This document shows positions 1-9,000 of a DNA stretch of 64,000 bases, piece after piece; positions within the stretch are counted from its first letter, which is position 1; each line of letters begins with the position of its first letter. The notes under the pieces were generated by a model that saw nothing but the letters and a program-made list of their open reading frames with translations, was not told the DNA's origin and did not search any database. The position numbers and the translations under genes are program-made. The stretch spans positions 186,001 through 250,000 of the IMG/VR virus record IMGVR_UViG_3300032782_000001; one strand, written 5' to 3'.

Positions 1-1007
1 TTGCGTCGAATGTCTTCGGATGACACAGCTTCAGGAGGATGCCAGATATACGGTTTGCCTTTACAATTTGCTTTGAAATCTTGAGCAATGATCTTCAATC
101 GTTTCTTGTCTTCCGGAGAAAGTTCACCATCTCGGACCTTCCCAAAATCAAGACCGGTATAACACTGTTCAGGAGGTTTACCCGCTTTCCTGTCCTGTTC
201 ATACCAATCCGTCACGAATTTTCCATTGGAAGAATGAATGACATAGATTTGATTGCGGAGATTCTTATATTTCATCTCCAAGATTGCATAGAAAATATTC
301 TTGCCGTATAGATAACAATTGTTGTAAAGATAGTTCAGAGCAAGAGTGGTCTTGAGTTCTCCGCTGAATGCACAATGGATCCAATATTCACCCTGCCTAT
401 GTCCTTTACAAACTGAGTCCACTGGCTCGAGGCCGAATAACAACCGCCCTGCATATTGATTCGACTTCTCTTGAGCCTCATATTCATCGACTACTTCATC
501 GGCATCATCAGAGACTACTCCTTCGAGCTTCTCCCCGACCTCAATATGATAAATATGAGCCATCTTCTCATAGAGAAACGTGATGGCATCAGTGACTCCA
601 CGCATGACCTTCTTGCCGTTAATGGGCTTCTCTAGATTCCTACCATGTTCGGCAATTGCAGAAGCATCTCTGCAAGCTAATGAGAAAGCTTTGATCTGCT
701 GTTGTTCTTGCTCAGACTTGACAATAGCAAGATAATTTGTCCTGATGTAAGGCTGGGCCTTCCGGACTTCCTCTAGTCTATCGCAGACTTCAACGTCGTC
801 CAATTTCTCAAAGTATTCTTTAACCAGAGAGAAATCCGGCGGAGCGGACATCTGATCGTAGAATGTCTTGAGATAACCGACGATCTTTTTATCTTCTTCC
901 GATCGGAAGTCAAGGTTGTACTCTTGGAACCTATTCCAGTTATGGAAACAGTCTTCCCCTTCAGGAATATTGCCGACCTGGATTACGCTCCTTAAGATGC
1001 GTTCCAC
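1..1007 (-). CDS. DnaB-like (SF4) replicative helicase, 5' part (runs off window start)
   Basis: Not in the ORF track because it has no stop in the window. Manual translation from GTG at 1007 gives MERILRSVIQVGNIPEG...LLFGLEPVDSVCKGHRQGEYWIHCAFSGELKTTLALNY...NIFYAILEM..., matching DnaB motif H1 (G-x-x-x-L/V-D...G...GE...A-x-x-x-x-x-K-T) and H1a (F-x-x-LEM). The start overlaps the upstream gene's TAG by 1 nt. Confidence 0.85.
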   Translation of the reverse strand, partial: MERILRSVIQVGNIPEGEDCFHNWNRFQEYNLDFRSEEDKKIVGYLKTFYDQMSAPPDFSLVKEYFEKLDDVEVCDRLEEVRKAQPYIRTNYLAIVKSEQEQQQIKAFSLACRDASAIAEHGRNLEKPINGKKVMRGVTDAITFLYEKMAHIYHIEVGEKLEGVVSDDADEVVDEYEAQEKSNQYAGRLLFGLEPVDSVCKGHRQGEYWIHCAFSGELKTTLALNYLYNNCYLYGKNIFYAILEMKYKNLRNQIYVIHSSNGKFVTDWYEQDRKAGKPPEQCYTGLDFGKVRDGELSPEDKKRLKIIAQDFKANCKGKPYIWHPPEAVSSEDIRR

Positions 1008-1837
1008 TAGTGACTCCTCCTGAATTGTTTCTTCGGGCCAAGACCTGTTCCATATTCAGGCAATAAATCTCCTTCATCAGGTGCTGACTGAATTTTCGGG
1101 CGTGGTTTCTTTTCAGAATCACGAGCAGGTTCGCTTTGCACGAGCCTATTTTGAACCTTTGGACCGTTATCAGTCGTCGTCTGATGCGGTAATGGATCCG
1201 GATTCAATGAACTGTCGAGAGTCATTCTAGGAAGAATTCTCGGAATTCGAACTGTTGGCATAGTCGACTTAATGTAATACATTAGTGATTCGGAGTAAGC
1301 TTTGCTGCTCTCCACGAAAGGCTTGTCTAGATCTGAAAACAACCATGTTGGTTTTTCTTGATCGATCCTATAACAAACAGCCTCTTCTAGAACTTCCGCT
1401 GCAGCTTTGTTCTTATATCCAATTTTATTCAACCAAATGATGGCCAGATCGGGAGGTTCCATCAGTTCTTGAAGACTGTTATAAATATCTCCAACCCGTT
1501 CAATGACGTCCGATCCTTTTACTTGCCGAGCTTTTTTTCCCAGGTAGACGTCAAGAATTTCACTATCTGTAATGAGTTTAATGAATTTGGAGCGACTCGC
1601 GATCATGGCTAGTTTAATGATAGCCCACATATCTGGAGCAGCCGCCAAAATGAACATGGACTTACTAACAGATCGGACTGGTATCTGTTTTACATGTTCA
1701 TCTAGAACCTTCGCCATGACGATTTGAGCCGGCATGTCGCTTTTCCGTCTACGAAGGTAAGCACATTCACATTCAATGATACGTCCGTCTTTATCGACGT
1801 ACCCGATCCCACCGCACATGCAAATTTGTGGGTCCAC
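1007..1837 (-). CDS. DnaC/IstB-like helicase-loader homolog with degenerate ATPase motifs
   Basis: N-terminal Zn-ribbon CMCGGIG...IECEC; C-terminal 'DLAII...VLEEAVCYRIDQEKPTWLFSDL' mirrors the DnaC pattern 'DLLILDD...LFEII..RY...PTIITSNL'; directly upstream of the helicase. No intact Walker A or B. Confidence 0.6.
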   Translation of the reverse strand: MDPQICMCGGIGYVDKDGRIIECECAYLRRRKSDMPAQIVMAKVLDEHVKQIPVRSVSKSMFILAAAPDMWAIIKLAMIASRSKFIKLITDSEILDVYLGKKARQVKGSDVIERVGDIYNSLQELMEPPDLAIIWLNKIGYKNKAAAEVLEEAVCYRIDQEKPTWLFSDLDKPFVESSKAYSESLMYYIKSTMPTVRIPRILPRMTLDSSLNPDPLPHQTTTDNGPKVQNRLVQSEPARDSEKKPRPKIQSAPDEGDLLPEYGTGLGPKKQFRRSH

Positions 1838-1846
1838 GATTGCGAT

Positions 1847-2347
1847 TTACACCGGGTTTTTCCGAAGTTCAGCTCGAACTTGCATGATGGCTTCCCCAAG
1901 CCAATTCTTTCCACGCCAGTGCTTGGGCTGAACAGCACGCGGGTCATCTTTTTGGAGTCCGATCCCCCAAATCTTATCATTCGGACTCGCTTCAACGATG
2001 GTGGCGCTTTCTGTCTCTTCTAAAATCTTTCGGAGGCCTTCATTCTGTGAAAATTTCGCCAAATTCCCTTCGAAGACAATTTGACGACAAACGCTCGTCC
2101 ATTGTCGTTCATTAAATCCTCGGACTTGTCTACCGATTCTTTTCTGTTCGGCCGGGTCCTTGGATCGCATGATCAAAGATAAGCTGTGTTTATCGTCGAA
2201 AGTTCGGGCCTTACCGGCCATCATGAATTGTTCTGCACAGTTATATTGGCGTCCTTCAATGACAAAAGGGGAAGGATGCCATTGACTAAACGGCCCACTC
2301 CAAAAAAGAACAAATCCGCTCTCCATCTTCATTCCGTGGAAATCCAT
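1847..2347 (-). CDS. NADAR (YbiA-like) family hydrolase
   Basis: Motifs FSQWHPSPF, AEQFMMAGKA..F.D, KRIGRQVRGF, GNLAKFSQN, IVEASP.DKIWGIG, WRGKNWLGEAIMQVR. Start moved to ATG 2347, which avoids overlap with the SNF2 gene and follows a -10-like box. Confidence 0.92.
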   Translation of the reverse strand: MDFHGMKMESGFVLFWSGPFSQWHPSPFVIEGRQYNCAEQFMMAGKARTFDDKHSLSLIMRSKDPAEQKRIGRQVRGFNERQWTSVCRQIVFEGNLAKFSQNEGLRKILEETESATIVEASPNDKIWGIGLQKDDPRAVQPKHWRGKNWLGEAIMQVRAELRKNPV

Positions 2348-2366
2348 CTGGAGACCGTACGCTGAA

Positions 2367-4481
2367 TCAGATATCCGATAGATCGATCGTATGAATAACA
2401 ATGGTTTCAGCGTCATCTGCACGAATAGGCATATCGACTTCTACGGGAGTGTTTGCAACTTTCTTAGAAGGTTTTGACCGACGTGAGGCCGAAGCGATTT
2501 TCTTATTTACTTCATCGAGAAGTGTCTTCTTATCCTTATGTTCACCTCGAATGAGTTGGAAAATATCCGCAACATCATTCCCTTGTACGAACTGAAGTCC
2601 ACCCTTTAATGATTCCCCTGCTACTTTATCGGCCAGGGCTTTCTTTCCCTTGAGAGTCTTGATGACATGATCGTCAATGGTCTTCCCTCCACCCTTCTTG
2701 ACAGCAACAAGATGCGTTGCCACAACCATTAAATGCAAACTTCCAATGCGAATGGGCCGACCGGTGATTTGTACATAGTCCCCCCAACTCCATGGTGAAT
2801 CCACAAAAATGAGATGCTCGGCCGCATGGAGGTTGATAGACTCCGCTCCGGCCATCGTAATGAGGATCACATTTACGCCGGATTTCACGTCCTGGAAAAC
2901 TTTCTTGGCCTTCTCTCGGTCGGAAGCTTTGTTTTCTTTCCCCGTAATACGAACGGTCCGAATCTTTTGTTTAGCAAGCGCCTTCTCGATGAGAGAAATC
3001 ATTTTTTCGAATTTGGAAAAAATAATTACCTTGATCCCATCAAGTTCATCTTCGAGCAGCTCAAGTAATGCGTCGATCTTGCACGACGGACCATCAAAAG
3101 GATTCCCATTCTCGTCAGCAATTAAGGCGGGCGAGTCTACTGCCTGTTGAACTAACGTCATCGCCTTAAGCATTTCAGACTCGTTTGCATCCGCTTGAGA
3201 TCCAGTCTCCAAAAGACCGACTTCTGCCAGGTCATAAAGTTCTTGCTGAACATCTGAAAGCTCACATCGGAGTTCTCGAGAAACGAGTTGAGGAAGTTCC
3301 TTCGCAACCTCATGCTTCCGCCGACTAAGGTAGTACGGTTCAATAAGTTCTACGAATTTGTCGAGGTGTTTGTAACCCACGACAATCGGGACCTTCCGAC
3401 CACCGCCGATTGGTTGAAGTTTCACAACGCAAAAATCATCGTGAAATTTTTTAATAGTCGGCATTAATCCGGGTCGTACGATGCGAAACAGACTGAAGAA
3501 CTCCATCAAACGGTTTTTTACTGCTGTAGCTGTCATACCGATAATTCGATCGCATTCAGATGAGATTTCAGCCACCGTTTGATGAATACGGCCTCGATGG
3601 TTTTTCAGTACATGTTGCTCATCCATGACGAGCATAAATTTCACTTCAGGCTGTCGATTTTTTAGTTCTCGAAGATATGAAAGGAATCCAGGGGTCTTCT
3701 TGGGAGGAGCTACAATGTCTCCCAGTCTCACGATTTCAGCATCCCCTGCTTTCTGGGAATCACGCAGAGTAATTAGCTTCTGAACAAATTCCATGTCTCC
3801 TTGCGTAAGCGGAGCAGGGAGATCTCGCGATGGGGCAGAGCCCGCCAGAACGGCTCGGAGATATTCACTGGCCTCATAAGGAAGTTCTCCGAATTTCCGA
3901 CGAAATTGATCTCGCGTGGCGTCAAGAAGAACGGCCGATTCTTTCAGAGATTTCCGAAGATCTTTTAGTTGTTTGACAATGTTTTTATCCGGCTTTTGAC
4001 TCTTGTCACGGACGACAGATTCCCCGGCGTCTCGAAGAACCATGTCGTAGGTCAGAATCAATAACTTCTTCTTAGAAGGATCATGGTTCAAGAAGAAATC
4101 TTCGTAGATAACCTGACGTTCGTAGGGTTCCCCGTCTACAGTCACTGCTTCCATGTTGTGCATGAATCGAGAAGTTTCATCTGCCCATTGGAATAATGCT
4201 GATTTTTTCGTGAAGACGATAGGAACGTACTCTGGTTCCTTCATCCAAATGTAGCCGATGGTACTTAGAACTTGAAGCGTTTTACCAAGTCCTGTATCGT
4301 CTCCGAGAATCATCCGCTCCACCATGAGCATGTTCATGATGCCTTGAGCTTGATAATTCCTAATTTGGACAGGACGTTCTTCGGTCTCGTCGTGATACAC
4401 TGATTTAAGATATGGTGATGGCTTCAATTTCAAATCTTGAGCCGACCGAAGCTGACGGAGCTTCCCCAAGATCTCTTGCAT
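2367..4481 (-). CDS. SNF2-family helicase/ATPase
   Basis: IRNYQ, ILGDDTGLGKT, MDEQH, MTATAVKNRLMEFFSL, KVIIFSKF, AGAESINL..AEHLIFVD.PW, QITGRPIRIG. Probable start is ATG 4481 (MQEILGK) rather than 4571. Confidence 0.9.
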   Translation of the reverse strand: MQEILGKLRQLRSAQDLKLKPSPYLKSVYHDETEERPVQIRNYQAQGIMNMLMVERMILGDDTGLGKTLQVLSTIGYIWMKEPEYVPIVFTKKSALFQWADETSRFMHNMEAVTVDGEPYERQVIYEDFFLNHDPSKKKLLILTYDMVLRDAGESVVRDKSQKPDKNIVKQLKDLRKSLKESAVLLDATRDQFRRKFGELPYEASEYLRAVLAGSAPSRDLPAPLTQGDMEFVQKLITLRDSQKAGDAEIVRLGDIVAPPKKTPGFLSYLRELKNRQPEVKFMLVMDEQHVLKNHRGRIHQTVAEISSECDRIIGMTATAVKNRLMEFFSLFRIVRPGLMPTIKKFHDDFCVVKLQPIGGGRKVPIVVGYKHLDKFVELIEPYYLSRRKHEVAKELPQLVSRELRCELSDVQQELYDLAEVGLLETGSQADANESEMLKAMTLVQQAVDSPALIADENGNPFDGPSCKIDALLELLEDELDGIKVIIFSKFEKMISLIEKALAKQKIRTVRITGKENKASDREKAKKVFQDVKSGVNVILITMAGAESINLHAAEHLIFVDSPWSWGDYVQITGRPIRIGSLHLMVVATHLVAVKKGGGKTIDDHVIKTLKGKKALADKVAGESLKGGLQFVQGNDVADIFQLIRGEHKDKKTLLDEVNKKIASASRRSKPSKKVANTPVEVDMPIRADDAETIVIHTIDLSDI

Positions 4482-4540
4482 ATCTTCACATCTTACAGAG
4501 AGCCGATGGCATGATGGGCTCTTTCTAGAACCCATCCGGT

Positions 4541-5059
4541 ATGAACCGGAACTTCCGATCTGCCATCGCATCCGTCTTGATCGTCACGTCCGTACCTACT
4601 TTGGGCCTTTCTACAGCCGGATGTAGTTCTTGGATCAGTAACTTCAAGAAGGATCCTGTCGGTCAGATTCAGAATGTCATCCAAATCGTAGAGACAATCA
4701 TCTCTGTCGGTACTCTTGTCTTCGGCCAAGTCAAGCAAGCGCTTCCGACTGATGCTCAAGCCAAGGCTCAAGCCGATTGGGATGAAGCACTGTTGAAGGT
4801 GAACTCCGCCGTAGCGGCACTCCAATCAGCAGTAAAAGTAGCAGCTGACGCCAATCAGCCTAATCCGGATTTGAGCAAGCTCGTGACGGATCTCATGGCA
4901 GCAATCGATGCTCTCCACGCTGTTGTAAACACGTACAGTGCAAAACCTTCGACTGGTAAATTGACGGCTGCAGTGAAGCCGAAGGGATATGATTTATTCG
5001 TACAGCAGATTGCGCTTCTAAAAAGCCAATCGCCAATGATCTCGTCTTCGACGAAGTAA
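4541..5059 (+). CDS. Predicted alpha-helical lipoprotein, unknown function
   Basis: Basic N-terminus, hydrophobic stretch and lipobox-like TAG|C; the rest is amphipathic helices. One of only two plausible plus-strand genes. Confidence 0.65.
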   Translation: MNRNFRSAIASVLIVTSVPTLGLSTAGCSSWISNFKKDPVGQIQNVIQIVETIISVGTLVFGQVKQALPTDAQAKAQADWDEALLKVNSAVAALQSAVKVAADANQPNPDLSKLVTDLMAAIDALHAVVNTYSAKPSTGKLTAAVKPKGYDLFVQQIALLKSQSPMISSSTK

Positions 5060-5064
5060 TTGCC

Positions 5065-6039
5065 CTATGGGCAACACATCACGTCCTTGCCTGAAATGAC
5101 CTGTTTCAGGTTTTGGCATCCAGGGTTGGACTGCGTGGTGTGAACGCAGATTCCTGCATTGCACTTATTTTCCAGACAATCGCTGTCGTATAGACATCCC
5201 TGTCCAACATCACACCTTGCCGGGTTGACTCCACCGCAGTCGATGTCGGTTTCGTAGGTGTCTTGAGTATTGTTGGCGTACGAAGCCGGGCAGGCATATC
5301 CATTTCCGGCCGTCCCACAGAATCCGTCAAACCCGGAGTCACGGTAGCATCCTTCGCAAATGCCCACGTGTGCCCAATTCGGCGGAGGATTGGCGTAAGG
5401 GACGTACGGAGGATCGCCAGAAGTGCAGTATTGCAACTCGATGACGAAAACTCCATCAACCAAACGTTGGCACTGCCCATTTGAGTTGGGCTGCGGAACG
5501 CAGTTCTGCGTATGACCGCAGTCATCGATGTAGCTGCCACAATTGTTGGATTGGCAGACTACGTTCGGAGTCTGAGTCGGAACGCACTGATGGCACTGAT
5601 GATCAGCCCCGCAAGTATCCGAACCTGAACACGGGTTGCATTGTACGGTGTTGCCGCACCCGTCGTCCCAAGCCCCGCAATACGCAGGACTCGGGCACCC
5701 ATCGGGCACACATCCCGTTCCGCTGGAACCGCCAACTCCGGAACCGCCACCGCCACCGCCACCGCCACCGCCACCGCCACTTCCGGAGGACACGCCGGTA
5801 CCACTTCCCGAATTACTGGCGCCACCAGAAGAACCCGTAGAACCCGTGGAGTTCGCAGATGAAGCCATAGCTCCACCAGAAGAGTCCGAATTACCTCCGC
5901 CAGCATTGCCTCCGCCCGACCCAGGAGACCCTGACCCGGCGGACGTGGGCTTGGTTTGGAACAAGTCACTCGTTCCAGGATCACCACACCCGAGGACCAC
6001 CGAAACCAAAATGGAAACCAAAAACAAACCCTGATTCAT
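5065..6039 (-). CDS. Myxobacterial-style Cys-rich surface lipoprotein with Gly/Ser linker
   Basis: Lipobox VLG|C, strong SD (AAGGAGG), long G/S linker, 28 further Cys in motifs C-x-P..C...CG..DGCG...C and ETDIDCGG...C..G..C..DSDC...C...C. Visibly GC-richer than the flanks. Confidence 0.75.
   Translation of the reverse strand: MNQGLFLVSILVSVVLGCGDPGTSDLFQTKPTSAGSGSPGSGGGNAGGGNSDSSGGAMASSANSTGSTGSSGGASNSGSGTGVSSGSGGGGGGGGGGGGSGVGGSSGTGCVPDGCPSPAYCGAWDDGCGNTVQCNPCSGSDTCGADHQCHQCVPTQTPNVVCQSNNCGSYIDDCGHTQNCVPQPNSNGQCQRLVDGVFVIELQYCTSGDPPYVPYANPPPNWAHVGICEGCYRDSGFDGFCGTAGNGYACPASYANNTQDTYETDIDCGGVNPARCDVGQGCLYDSDCLENKCNAGICVHTTQSNPGCQNLKQVISGKDVMCCP
5744..5779 (+). repeat. (CCGCCA)6 microsatellite encoding a Gly12 run
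   Basis: Six perfect hexamer copies inside the lipoprotein linker. Confidence 0.95.
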
Positions 6040-6090
6040 GAACCGTATCCTCCTTTAGGATAATCAGTTCTACGAAAGGGTGTTTGGTAT

Positions 6091-9000
6091 TTACGGAGTT
6101 TCCAAAGTAGCAATGTTATGGAGCATTGCGTTACCGGAAGTAAATACTCGGTCTCCGATCACTGTAATGCTGTAACCAGTCTCGCACCCGCGGAGACCGA
6201 GAGTGCTCACACTCGATGGAGTCGTCAATGCTACCTGAAGACTTCCGGCATCAAGCTGATTGACTTTAATGTGGCCTCCAGTATTACCATTCCGAACGTC
6301 ATTCCCCATGATCAGTCCATGAGGTTTGTTATTGGCAATGCCTCCAGCAGGAATTTCGAATTGAATCTGAACCGTCGACGTGTTGTTTCCGTAACAAAGA
6401 TTGTCCAGAATTTCGAATGGAGCGCTATCGCCTGATCCAACCAAACTCATGTAAATACCGGGGACATTGAAGAATTGTCCGCAATTCGTGATGAGATTTC
6501 CGTTGATAGACACGTTAAACCAGTTTCCAATTCCAGCAGAAGCAGCAGCAATTCCGCTGTTGGAACAGTCGATGATATGATTATTGAGAAATCGAATCTG
6601 AGATACGGCGGAATCTGCAACGAACATATTGAAGCCCATGCCAACTCTGGCTTCGCTGACATGACAATTTTCAATTGTCAAGTTACTAGCAAAATTGGAG
6701 GAACCGGTGTATAGCGAACCGGTAGCCACGGATGGGATTAAGAATCCCCAAGCTTGGGTTTGAGCCGGTGCGAATCCGGGTTGACGGTATAGCTGAATAA
6801 CTGAATTAATGATGTTGATTCCGGCCAAAGGACTGGGACTAAACAACGTGGAGTCCCAAGGTTCCAAAATCACAATTGCAGATTGTGCCCAGTCTCCGGT
6901 CGATGCCGTGGTCCCCGTCATACGCAAACCATCAATGTTAGCGTAGAAGACGTTCGGAACACCGCTGGCAACACGAGGTCGTAGCCTCAACCTGTGGAAG
7001 GGTTGGCCTCCAATCCCACCCAATACGTAATCCCGAATTGAAACATCCTTCATCACGAGTTCAGACCACCGCACAATAAGATCACCCGAAGCACCAAGCT
7101 GAGGGCAACCTTGGAATTGGACTCCATTCATTTCAATATGGAACGCATTGATTGCAAATGCTGACCATGCGTTGGCGTTGATGACATCACCAACTGCACC
7201 AAGCCACCAAAGCTTGGAATCAGCAGTCATGGTTCCGGAAACTGTAGCTCCTGGAGCCCCCCTGTCGAAGCCCATAGTCACATTCCGAATGAACACACCG
7301 CCCTGACCATCACCATAAGACCCAGGCTGGATCAGGTCGGCGCCTCCGACATCCGAAATAGTGAATGGATTGAAGAAAGTCGGGACTGCCGTGCAGAACC
7401 ACCGACCTCCTTCAATTTCAAGTCTGTGAACGGCTAGATATCCAGTTCCAGCATTCTGACCATTTGTCTGAGGTTGCAAATGGATGAGGATGGAATTGAT
7501 GCCACCATTAACATTTGCGACGACTTGGCAGTTCCTGTAGAGAAGCCGACTTACTGCTACCCCGGTCAAGGCAGTGGCATCAGATCCGGCGGGGTCAACA
7601 TCAATGACTCCGCAATTTCCTACCAAGTTCCCGCCAACACCCGTAGTCGACATTAAATTGAACGAGCATCGTTCGTATTCGATGTCACCAATAAGGGTGA
7701 GAGGAACGACAGCACTGGCTGAAACGAGCTTCAACGCCGGCTGATTTTGACCAACGTTGAAGGTACAGTCTAACGCCTTGAAAGGGCCATGGACGAGCCC
7801 ATTACCCATCGTCATGGTAATGCAAGGTTTGTCGGCACTAGCATTACCAGTATTGAATACACAACGGATGAGATTATATGCACCGCCATCCGTAATTTGC
7901 AAGACGGTGCCTGAAAATAGAACGTCTTCAGCGACCAAAATGACGTTTTTGTTGACATCTACACGAGCGAAGGGGGGACCAGCATGACTAATAGTAAGAT
8001 TCTTGAGCCAAACATTGGCTCCTGATACTCCTGTCCCGAATTGGATGGCGGGAGTCACGCCATCCGTCACATTAATGACGACGCCGTCCCTATGCATTCC
8101 TTCAATGACAACGCCTTTACCATCAGCGATAGAAATAGCACCAACACCCGTATTGATATTGTAAATGCCGCTCTTGACTTGGATTCGAATATGATTGAAT
8201 GGGGTGCTGGAATTCCAGAAAGCAATAGCTTGCTGGATAGCATTTACACCGTTGAAATCACCAAAGCTAATGTTCCCGTCACCGCATGTGACAGTCCATT
8301 TTGCGTTAACACGCTTAAATAGCGTCGGAGTAGGATCTGGGTCAGCATTATCTAGAACGTGGAGATTTTCAGCATTATCCGAACCTACGGAATTCGTAAG
8401 TTGAACCGGATCGACGGTGTTTTGATCTCGGAACAGAAGAGGTCCGGTAAGACATGCAAGAGCAGTTTTGGATCCGAGTTCTGCAGACCACTCAGTGTCG
8501 GCAACGTCGAAGACGCTAAGACGGACAGCGTGTTGATCCCAGTTACTTTCGTTCCATGTACCCGCAGATAGACGACCACGGGTAGCAACGTCCATGAAAT
8601 GTTGGCTTCCGGAATCATTCCCTGGAGCCAATGAGAGTTTCGTAGCGGCCAATGAAGCAACATCTTTAGCGTACGCCGTTCCATTCCATTTGGCGTTGAC
8701 CGTAAAGATCATTCTTCCACTGTCGTCTGTATACAGACGAAATGCAACATCTGTGGGAATGGCAGGAGCAGGAATCGCAATGGATTCCCAAATCAGGGTA
8801 TACTGACCAGACGAGACCGAATGGGGAGTCAGAATTCTGGGAGCAAGCGCAACCGCAGAAGGAGTTACATCAGCACCGAGCTGAATACTGGCAGCTTGAA
8901 TGAATCGTTGGAAAATTTCAAGGACCCCCGCAGGGATTTTGCCTTGATTGTTCAGACCGGCAAATCTACCGATGTTTTGGATACCATCATTAGGGTTGGC

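Noticed and set aside
3640-4035. Intein in the SNF2 gene
   Set aside because: No Cys/Ser start block, no His-Asn end, no LAGLIDADG motifs.
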